Positions 23,599 to 33,600 of a stretch of DNA of 49,267 nt are shown here, one piece after another. The translations under genes and the position numbers were made by a program. Source of the DNA: Macrostomum lignano. Taxonomy: Eukaryota. Position 1 is the stretch's first letter. Each line of letters begins with the position of its first letter. Where the stretch lies: contig NIVC01004348.1 of NCBI GenBank assembly GCA_002269645.1, positions 1 to 49,267 on the forward strand, given 5' to 3'. The notes under the pieces are model-generated. The model was not told the DNA's origin. It did no database searches and saw only the letters and a list, made by a program, of their open reading frames with translations.

Positions 23599-25173
23599 AT
23601 GAGCCGCCTGTACGATACGATCGAGCCGTCCGTTGTGGACGACGAGATGCTGCGAACGGCGGTGCACGAGCAAGGCCCGAAGGGCGAAGCCGGCCGCATC
23701 GCTAAGAAGGAAGGCATCAACTTCGCTACCGTCACGGAGCTGCGCCTTGACTATCGCAACATTCTCAAGATCGACAATTTGTGGGCATTTGGCAGCCTGG
23801 TGAAGCTTCAACTCGATAACAACATCATCGAGTCAATCCAAGGCCTGGACCATTTGGTTCATCTGCGCTGGCTCGATCTATCTTTCAATAATATCGGCCG
23901 AATCGACGGCCTGGACAAGCTCACCCAGTTAGAGGACCTGACCCTCTACAGTAACCGGATCGAGACGCTGGAAAACATGAACAGCCTCACTAAGCTACAA
24001 GTTCTTTCAGTTGGAAACAACAAGCTTAATGACCTGAATAACCTGCTCTACCTGCGCCGATTCCGACGTCTGCAAAGCCTCAACATCAAAGGCAATCCGG
24101 TGTGCGACAACCGCGACTTCCGCGACTTTGTCCTCGCCTTCGTGCCACAGTTGGACTTCCTCAATTACAAGCTGATCGACGCTGCGCTCCGCTCAGCCGC
24201 CAAAGAGCGCTACGAGCTCAAGATTAACGAGATGGAGGACAACGAGAGGCGTGAAGAGCGACTAGCGAGCGAAAAGGCGGTCAAAGAAGAGGAGCAGAAA
24301 CTCCACAAGCTCGCCTTCGTCGAAAACCTTGACGGTGACGCCCTGTTTGACAGTCTCTACCAAGAGGACATGGAGGGTCAGAAGCTTAATAGGATGCCTG
24401 GCGTGGACGAAAAACTGCAACAGTTCAAGGACAAATTCGTGGAAGTCTGCAAGCAGCTGTTCGACTTTGGTCTAAGCGACCATCAAAAACGAGACGAAGA
24501 AGTTAAACAGTTTCTGGACTGCATCGACGAGGCCGAGATGGCCAACAAGCGCATGGCCGAAGAGCGAATCGCCGAGTTTATGGCCTACAGGAGGGACACA
24601 GTTGACGAGCTCATGCAAATGACGGACTCTAAGCTGGCCGAATCGCGACTGAAAGACTACGACGAGGAGGTCACCAAACTTTGGGACGATCTGATGGGCT
24701 ACGAGCTGCAGCTAGTTGACCAGCTGGAAGAGGCTATCAAGGAATTCGATAGAAACCTTGAAGAAATGGTAGCCACGTTCGTTGAAAATGTTCAAACCCT
24801 GATGAGCAACTGTCGCGAGCTGGAGAACAACCACAACGAGCTCATGATGGAGACGGCAACTGTGTTTCTGGAGAAAGTGATGAAGAACGAACTGGAAGAG
24901 GAGCCACCCGAGGACCTGAGAGACTTGTTCGTTGAGAAAGACGTGGTAGTGGCGGCCGTGCAGACTTCACACGATCTACACCTCCTCAAAATCGACAACA
25001 AAGAGGACGACATTGTGAAGCGCATCAAGGACTGGAAAAAGGACCTCATGGAAAGCATGAACACCGAACGCGAGATCAAGCGGAATAGATCCCGGGTCCT
25101 CGAGATCAACAACCTGGTGGATCATCTGCGCGAGGATGTGCAGAATTTGGACATACCAGCAATGAATGACTAG
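23599..25173 (+). CDS. DRC3: Dynein regulatory complex subunit 3 (LRRC48), single exon, 524 aa
   Basis: N-terminus MSRLYDTIEPSVVDDEML..EQGPKGEAGRIAKKEGI, LRR repeats (LQLDNNIIESIQGLDHLVHLRWLDLSFNNI), coiled-coil C-terminus with SHDLHLLKIDNKED; full length matches DRC3; AATAAA at ~25319. Confidence 0.95.
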   Translation: MSRLYDTIEPSVVDDEMLRTAVHEQGPKGEAGRIAKKEGINFATVTELRLDYRNILKIDNLWAFGSLVKLQLDNNIIESIQGLDHLVHLRWLDLSFNNIGRIDGLDKLTQLEDLTLYSNRIETLENMNSLTKLQVLSVGNNKLNDLNNLLYLRRFRRLQSLNIKGNPVCDNRDFRDFVLAFVPQLDFLNYKLIDAALRSAAKERYELKINEMEDNERREERLASEKAVKEEEQKLHKLAFVENLDGDALFDSLYQEDMEGQKLNRMPGVDEKLQQFKDKFVEVCKQLFDFGLSDHQKRDEEVKQFLDCIDEAEMANKRMAEERIAEFMAYRRDTVDELMQMTDSKLAESRLKDYDEEVTKLWDDLMGYELQLVDQLEEAIKEFDRNLEEMVATFVENVQTLMSNCRELENNHNELMMETATVFLEKVMKNELEEEPPEDLRDLFVEKDVVVAAVQTSHDLHLLKIDNKEDDIVKRIKDWKKDLMESMNTEREIKRNRSRVLEINNLVDHLREDVQNLDIPAMND

Positions 25174-25734
25174 TTTGTCGGGGGTTCTCCTCTATTGAAA
25201 TTGTTTATATAAGCATGATGTTATTGACGTAACCCAACTGTTTCGTAAGGTTTTCCGCCTCTATTATTATTTTATATACACGTACTCCCAATATTCTAAG
25301 GAATAGACAGTCTGGACAAATAAACAAAGTAGTACACTGTAAAGGTGTCCTATCGACTGTCATTAGGACTCAATTGTTGCACTGAACTGTTCTGTAATAA
25401 TACATGTCTACAGATTATATGAGTAAATAAATTCATTTTTATGAATCAATGATCTTGCATAAGCGAAGCTCGCCCAATTTATTTCTTTTTTCTATTACTT
25501 ACTTAGGAATTCAGACTATAGGTTAAAAAATCCATATACTAAAATTGGTTTGTCGGTAGGCAGGTATCTTCCACTATGCTAAAATTAATTTTAAAAAGAA
25601 AAGTCATAACACAGAGAAATTATCAAAAGCAATTCAAATTTCCCGCATACAAATGGAAACTAAAAAAAGACAGTGGACAAAGATTTTATTGATTCGCTAA
25701 CAAATAACACAGCTCAATGCGACGCACTCAAGAG

Positions 25735-26830
25735 TTAGCCACTCTTTTCACCTCCGCTAGTCGCGCGAGCAAACGGATTATTGGGATTCGGCGACGGCAG
25801 CAGTCGCTGGTGCCGATAATTCCACCACCAGCCGCGCCGCACCTTTGCCAGAGCCTGGTAGCGCCTCTCCCGCTCCTGGTGCCTGGCCGGCCGCATTGTG
25901 GGCGCGTATTGCACGTATTTGGCCTTGTCCTCGCCCGTGCGCAACTCGTCAACCAGCCTGGGGAACAGCGCCGCCCGCTGCTCCGCGGTCAGCGAATCGT
26001 AGTCAACGCCCGGCCGCTCCGGCCGCGGCAGCTCAGGGCGTTCCTCCAGCTGCACGCCGCCGTCTAGCAAAGCCTGGCAGAAGGCGTCGTTTCTTTCGGC
26101 TGTCCGTGGCAAGGCCAGCTGGTCAACGTGCACCCGGTCGATGCCGCACTGGATGCAACGCCTGGCCAGGACTTCGCCAACAGCCCGGGCGGCGCTGACA
26201 TCACGCGGGCTGTACAGCTGACTGCGGATTGCCGACTCGTCTGTTGACGCTTCGACCACAACCGAGCCGCTGTTGTGCACAATCTGTTGCGATTGAAATC
26301 GCTGGATATTGTGAATGGATTTTACAAAAATGCCGAGACACATACAGAAGTCGAGACAGGCATACGTTCTACAATCGAAGCTACTTTCTACTGAGTAGAC
26401 ACTAAAGAATATGGTAGAATTTTTTTTAAATAGTGACAGATTTATTTTATTAAGATTGGTCTCCTATACACTTAGACTAAAGTACACGCAATGTACTTAT
26501 CTACGAATCAGGACTTCAGGATAGCAATGAGCAATATGTTCAACAAGCGAACACACCGACCTGAGCAATAGTTCCGCTTCCAGTCCGTCTCAAAATGCAT
26601 TTCAAATAGTAATTTCTACTCGGCTGCTGCAGCTCCCAGCCTTTCGGCTTGTGCTCGTGGCCGCTGTACTCCAAGCTGCGCGGATTTCTATTCACAAATG
26701 TTGCACCCACAGGGTAGGCCGTTACAGGCGATCCGCCGCTGCCGCTGCTACTTGTACAAAGCAGGCGGCGAATGCCGCAGCTGCTGCCTCCGCTGCGGCA
26801 CAGCAGGGCTCTAAAACCGGACAAAGCTGC
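25735..26830 (-). CDS. MRPL18: Mitochondrial ribosomal protein uL18m, two coding exons (26830-26561, 26283-25735); initiator ATG not evident at the first acceptor
   Basis: FVNRNPRSLE, KPKGW, VVVEASTDESAIRSQLYSPRDVSAARAVGEVLARRCIQCGI, GGVQLEE are MRPL18 motifs; phase-0 GT-AG intron 26560-26284 joins GTIAQ|IVHNSG; AATAAA on the minus strand ~50 nt after the stop. Confidence 0.9.
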
Positions 26831-27262
26831 CTGGAAAATATTTTTTATCAGAATTGAATTATTATCGTAGCTATGCATATTTCTTCAACTGTTGCTTGTA
26901 CAAATTTACAAATTTATCTTTTATAAACTTATATTTTTACTAATAGTGATGATAATCGTTCAAACTTGATATATTTGATAAAAACTTGATGTAGCTTGTA
27001 GAGTCGGCCCGCGGCCTGAGCACGCACTCACACACTAGATTCTTTGTGTCATGACACACCAAATTTATTGTAATTTCGTCATTCAGAAAAGGGACCTTGG
27101 ATGCCGAATCGGCACGCAGTTTTTTCCAAGTTGGATACCAATAAATATCTAAATTACATATCAATAAATAATTATTGGGATTCTTGGGATTTAAACAGAA
27201 AATTTGATTCTGACGCTGAAAAAGACGGACTTTAGCGCCACAATGTGCAAAAGTTAGGGTCC

Positions 27263-27510
27263 TGTGTGTCCACAAAAATTTGCCGGTGGGTTGTCGTGCA
27301 ATCCACACCCACGAGGGCCAACACCCAAGCCAAAGAGTGTACCTGCCTGACGAATTAAGGTTATTCTTTATATATCCTTTATTACATTCAAGCGCGATAT
27401 GCGCTCAGGAGTCAGCGGATTGGGCAGAATTGCCGTCAGCGCTGGGTGTGGGACGATGTCGCCGAAGGCGTTGTACCCCGATCCACACAGGCCTCCTGCA
27501 AATATTAATA
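27263..27510 (+). mobile_element. Second-family SINE copy lacking a recognisable head
   Basis: GCGCTCAGGAGTCAGCGGATTGGGCAGAATTGCCGTCAGCGCTG...GAAGGCGTTG aligns with 10387-10465; upstream CACAAAAATTTGCC...GTGTACCTGCCTGACGA aligns with 10240-10325. Confidence 0.6.
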
Positions 27511-27798
27511 TATTTTTGGCCAGTCCATGAATTCATAGTTTGGTACAAAAGCAGCTCATTGGAGCTCAAAGAAGCAAGACTAGCTGTTAAACTAGTTGTT
27601 AAACTTAATAAACAAAAGATAACTTAATAATAACCAAAGCGATCAATATTCAATAAACAGTATTAGTCTTCACTTTCTCATGCTGAAGACTGACTGTCAG
27701 GTGTTGCATATATTAGGCATACTTAATTTAACAATGTTAGAAGCAGTACAAGAATGTGTTGTGTTGGCTTGAAGAAGAAAAGTTTCTGCACGTTGGAG

Positions 27799-28374
27799 TC
27801 ACTTTAGGCATCGCATTTTCTTGCGTCTGTCGCTAATTTTAACAGCAGCCATAGCCAATTGCCATTCCGGTGATTGACAACTTCGCACAGTGACCTCCGA
27901 CATTGGGCCGTCGCCGCAGCCGCCGCCGCAAGTGCCGACGGCAAGACAGTCGGCAATGCAGCGCTCCATAGGGAGAGCAATCTCTTCTTGCAAGAGCAGA
28001 CGCTGCCGCTCATTGTCGGGAGTTTCAGCTACGAGAGTAACGCCCAACCGCAAGTCAGCTTTATCGGTGGTAGCGTCGACTGCAACAGCCGATCGGTCCA
28101 AAAATACCAGACCAAGACCGAGGAAACTGAGCCTCCGCTGCTCCTGACGCTTTCTACTACTATGAGTAGTTGTTGAGCTTGACGATTTCGCTGGGGATGG
28201 CGGCCGGTTTTGATTCATATCGCCGGATGCGCTTCCTTCATCTCCGTTCGCAGCCGTTTTGCCAACTGGCGTTGACGCAGAACACGTTATTATTGTTGCG
28301 GAAGCAGCGCGTCTACGCCGTCTGACGAAGCCTTTTAGCAAGCTGGCTAGATGGTGCCTCAGCCTGGGAGCCAT
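27799..28374 (-). CDS. Hypothetical 191-aa protein, single exon, no recognisable family
   Basis: ATG-to-stop ORF in a GC-rich island flanked by AT-rich DNA, CCAAT at ~28391 nearby; basic N-terminus, Ser-rich middle, Cys-containing C-terminal half. No homology recognised. Confidence 0.5.
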   Translation of the reverse strand: MAPRLRHHLASLLKGFVRRRRRAASATIITCSASTPVGKTAANGDEGSASGDMNQNRPPSPAKSSSSTTTHSSRKRQEQRRLSFLGLGLVFLDRSAVAVDATTDKADLRLGVTLVAETPDNERQRLLLQEEIALPMERCIADCLAVGTCGGGCGDGPMSEVTVRSCQSPEWQLAMAAVKISDRRKKMRCLK

Positions 28375-30189
28375 GCTATGCTAATTTAAACCAATTGGCT
28401 GCGTAGCTTTTAATAGAGGAATATGAATACTTACAAAAGACGGAAAAAAGATGCCTTTGAGGCGCTTCTCTTGGTCTATGGGTAAAAGTTAAATTGCAGA
28501 AAAGCAACTGAACCCATTGAGTTACAACTCGCATTTTTTTAATGAATCACTTTATTGAGCGGTATCTTCTACCTAAGTTCACTATAATGGAATGTTAATA
28601 TGAAGCGAGAATTTAAGTTAATGGCCAAGGTTCAAGTTTTAAGACATTGAAACTTAAGTAGTGACATTGTTGTTGTTGTTGTTACATTGTGAATTGGCAT
28701 TGGCATTCAAAATCACATCATAAAATAAAAGGCTAATAGCAGAAACATTTTAATAAAATCATAAACTAAACTTGCGCCTTGAAATTAGAAGCAACATGCA
28801 AAATATAGCACTGTGACTAAAAAAAGCTTAGATAGTACATTAATGCATTAATAAAAAAAAGTTAGGACATCAATATTCTCAACTTGTCTGATTCAAAGAT
28901 CATATATACACAAAATGGGCCACTCACTAACTATTTATGTGGCCATAGAAGCCAATATGAAAATTGTTGCAACTTGCAATAGCATGACAACCAACTACTC
29001 AACTCAATTTTATCAGTAGACTCTGCAGTGCATCCACTATTATCTACTCATACTTAATAAGAAGTTTTTTCAAATTTTCAAAAACTAGTATATGTCTCTA
29101 AGCTACTGAACTCAAAATTTAAATATAAAGTTGGCTTTTTGCACAAGTAACAAAGAAATGGACACACTTTCCCTATTGCTACAATACAAATTAGATTATT
29201 TAGAGAATATTAGATCTATGGTCTGATCCTACATAAGAGCACTAAATCATTGTCAAATTTTGTCTAGATAACTGCATGTACATTACCTGTATTATTACAG
29301 TATATAAAGGTGTTTTCAACTAGCTTTTGTGGCATACAAACATCCTAGCATATTGGCTTTGATTTAGCATCCCAAATTTAGACCTATGATGAGTATATAA
29401 TGCCAAAACATCATTAATATCTTTGCCTTGTTAGTTGCTTCTACCTAGTAAAAATGCATATATATAGCCTTCCCAATTTACACTCGCTATACAAAAAATC
29501 AATAAGTTCAACTATGTACTAAGCCAAGTTTACTTAATTGGCTTAGTACATAGTTGCAATTGATATGCTGGCTCTAATAGTCTAGCTCTAAATTCATTTA
29601 TTTTCATCACCTTGTTCTGTTGCTTTTTTATTTGTTTTTTTCTTTTACTTCTTTACCCCTTGCTTTGCTCCTTTCAGGGTTTTTTTTCACAAATTTCATT
29701 TTTTTGATTCTAGGTCTTTTTTAGGTTGCTTAATATACTTTTATTAAAAATAGAGGACTGGAAGCATAGGAAAGTGGGGCATAGATAATGCTAAAGATCA
29801 CTATTGTGCTTTGTGCTATTTAAGCATAGTATGCTATTTTGAAAACTACATTAAAAAGCTATACAATTCTGAAGTCTATTAAAAATTCATAGCTTTTATA
29901 TGGCAAGTTAAAAATAGTTATTCCTGTTTTTAAAACCCTTTGTATATTCATTTATAAATAAAAAAAATAAAAGTAATAATTACTGAAACACTTGCATGAT
30001 TTGATTTTGACTTGACTAAAAAGTATATATATTCTAGCTATTATAATGTATTTTTAACATTTTTAAATCATTCAAATTGAATATATTCTTTGTTTCACTT
30101 TTATTTTCCTCATAAATTGCATCATTTTTTGCTGTTTCTATTTTCATTTACTTAAAAAAAGCTTTTTGATTGATATTTACTAAACTATA

Positions 30190-30681
30190 TATACTAAGCT
30201 TAAACTTGGCTACCCTTTGTATTCCAACTGTGTATTTACAAATACCAAACCTGAAAATTCTATATGCTAAATGTATGCCAAGATTGTTAATGAGGGCAAA
30301 AATATGCCAGAATTTTCTAGCATAAAGGCCACCTTCTTAGACTATGGAATGCTATTGATAGGCCTACCATTGCCATATAAACTCTTCTAAGCCATAGACA
30401 TTTAGAACACATAATATATATCATATAGCTCGTAGTAATGAATCATCTAGACTCTAAAGGGTATATATATACCCAAGAAATTCTAGTATATAGAGACTTG
30501 GAGTACACCATTGGCATACAACTTGGCATAAAGAAGGGCCTAGCAAGCCCTCTTGGTATATAGCCTGGCATACAGAGATTGCCAAGATATCAGGTGGGAC
30601 CAAATTGCAAGTCCCAACTAGGGCCTAATGATAATATACACAGTTAGCATACAAAAAATGACCAAGTTTAAGTTTAGCATA
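30190..30681. mobile_element. Decayed TIR element (~490 bp) inside the CpG desert
   Basis: 30190-30237 versus reverse complement of 30634-30681: 38/48 identical; internal repeats of a TGGCATACA-like motif in both orientations. Confidence 0.6.
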
Positions 30682-33600
30682 GGCCTAGTTTCATGTGCAT
30701 AGTTAGAATAGCTAAATTTTGATCAAAACAAATATCTCCTAAAAATTACAAATAACTAAATTAAAAGAATTATGTTTAACTTTTTAAAAAATTAAAAAAT
30801 AATAATAATAAAATAAACTTTTTCTTTATAGTTTAATAGAATATAAATGGGTTTTATTTACCTATTTTTGTAAAGATTTAAAAATCATAAGCCTAAAATA
30901 TAGTTTGTTATTTTTCATTTTGTCTTGGTATATTTTTGTGTATGACTATAATGTAAGCCCATTGGCATACATTGATATATAGGAGTTGAGGAAGCAAATT
31001 TTATTCCAGCCTATACTCATATACAATATTGCCACTAGCACATCATTATCACAATATAGAGGACTAATTTAAGTAAAAAATAGTTGGTGACATTTTGGCC
31101 TTAGATTTACTAGAAGCTTTCTAGTATCCAGTTAAATTATAAAAGGTTTTGAAGCATAGAACTAGGGCCTAATGCTTACATAGCTTACTTAGACTCAAAT
31201 CTTTTAAAAAATTTATTCTTGGCATCTATACATTTTCTAGATTTGCTTTAATTGTCCCCCATGGATCATGCAATCTCAACAATTTTTTTGCCAAAATGGC
31301 TAGGGCCTAGCTTTAGAAAAAATGGTCAATATTCAAGAAAAAGATAGCCTTTTTAACAAAATATTCTGACTTAAGAGGGGGTTCAATATGCATTGTGCCA
31401 GCAAATTCTAGTCCAAAAGCAGGCAAGGGTAAAAATCTAGTACAATACAGAGCAAGACAAAAAGTAGCATAATTTGTTGCAAGACAAAAATTTTCAGAGA
31501 ATATTTCACAGATAAAAAATTAGTATTGGCCTATAATTTCTTTTTATTAGTATTTTTTGTTTGCCAGTATACTGACAACTTTTTAAATAAAAATATGTTA
31601 ACATTGCATTTTCTATAAAACAAATCCAAATACCAGTTTTATTAGTATTTTTTAAATGGAAAAGATTGATTTTTGTGTTTTTGTGCTACTTTTTTAAAAA
31701 AGCTCTGGCTTACATGGCGCAATCAAACTTTTTTCAATGTGCTATGATACTGACTATGGGAAATGATCATTGCATAATAACTTTTTGCCATTATTAACTT
31801 TTGCTGAAAATTCCTTCACCAAAGTAGATTGAAACCAAAAAAATTATCATATTCCTGACTATGACACCATATTCTATAGTCCAGATTATGCTAGGTGCAT
31901 GTCCTAACAAAAATGGAATAATTACAAATGCATACCAAAAAAATTGAGTGCACGCCTATTACCAAAAAATGCTGGTGTTGTGACAATAAATAACCTTTTT
32001 TATATTGTGACAATAAATGACCTTTTTTCAATTGCCTAATAGACCCTAATTAGCAGATAATTTTATTGATTTTTATGCTTTTTTGGTGATACTATTTGTT
32101 GCAGGGCTTACTTCTGTCCTCTAACTATGCCACTAAATGCCACCAAATTGTCACAGGGCTATTTTTTCTTACTCTATATATTTCAATCCCACCATTAAGC
32201 TACCAAAGTTGTGACAGGCTTTTTAATTTCTCTCTATTAATTTTTACTGCTGAAAATAAAGTTGTGCTTGGTTTGTATTAGTGTTCCTAACTGTTTCTTA
32301 GAATCTCATATATTTTTGGATAGCATTCTTAGTAGTGTTCTGGTAGCATTCTTAGTATATGGCCTGATTGGTCTTACTAGTATATGTACTTTCTCTCTCC
32401 AGTCTAGGCGTTACCGAGATTAGAAGGTCACAACAATTACTCTTGGTACTCTCTTTGCATGAATCCTGATTCCCAACTCTCCTCCTTAGAATAAAATAAG
32501 CAACAATCTGAGAATAAATATTGAACAAGCTGTAAATGATTTAATCACATTTCAGTAAGTTGTTTCTCTTCCCTAAACTTTGCTTTTACTTATACTAACT
32601 GAAACAAGTGTATTTTAACAAAAGACTAGGCCTAGGCAGGTAGGCCTATTATTTGAGAATAATTCAAAAAGTAAAATGACATACATTTTTGTGCACATAA
32701 TGCATATGTGGCAGGCGGGATGCCACAAGTAATTGATTGAACCTTAATTTTTAATAATATGAAGCACATTCAAAAAACTATAATATACCGTCCCATCCGC
32801 TGTCTTTTCACCCCAATTTTTGTCCATCGTTTGCCCAGCTCCCCTTCCCTTCCGTGGCCTGGTCGCATCCCTTCACTGTTTTTTTGTCATTCCCTATGTT
32901 GAATTTTGTTTATCCGCGCGGTGTCCCAACATATATGAGCCTATTCCATCCCGTGAATTTTGTTGCCCAACGTCTGTTTCCAGTGTTTGTCAGCGTCCCC
33001 TTTTGATTATTTATGCTGCTTTTTGTGCCCTGTTTTCCTCTACTGTTTTCCTCCGCCCTTCCTCTACCACTACGACCACTTCCTTTTATTTTCGCCTCCT
33101 TCAATTTAATAGTTTCGTTTATTAAGTTTGACCTAGTGCACCAGCGCCGCAGCAAGCGAATCCATCTCTCATGCATTAATAATAATATTATCTTTATCCT
33201 GTGCTCGCCTGCTATTTTTCTTAAACCGAGCTCAATAGTAACCGGCATTATTAAATTAGCCATTAATTTCATTCATTAGCATTCAGCCATAGTATTTCTT
33301 GAGTCATTTGCCTGTGGGGCGTAAAATAACCAAGTTCTCATCTTAAAGATAGCTTTGAGACTTATCCGTTCCATAATACATAAATTAGTGGTGGCAGCAA
33401 CTACCCTACTGAAAGTAACAAACTCAGCTATTTGATGCATTATTTAACGGAGTCAGGAATCTCCGACTATGGTGTTTCATCGATTTGAACAACCTTGCCG
33501 CTACACGACTACTCCGCTACAATTACAACTACCCTCCCCCCAGAACTTGAGGACCCCGGCTGTCGGAGTAAAACAGGAGAAGAATTTTGTTGTGATTTGT

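Noticed and set aside
32910-33272. Minus-strand ORF with RRWATKFTGW..GTPRG reminiscent of an RTE-LINE C-terminus
   Set aside because: Similarity too weak; no RT motifs nearby.
33440-33560. Minus-strand SGKVVQIDET resembling the Merlin/ISXO2 transposase motif
   Set aside because: Surrounded by stops and the expected downstream motifs are not recognisable; too short to call. A tblastn/HMM search would settle it.
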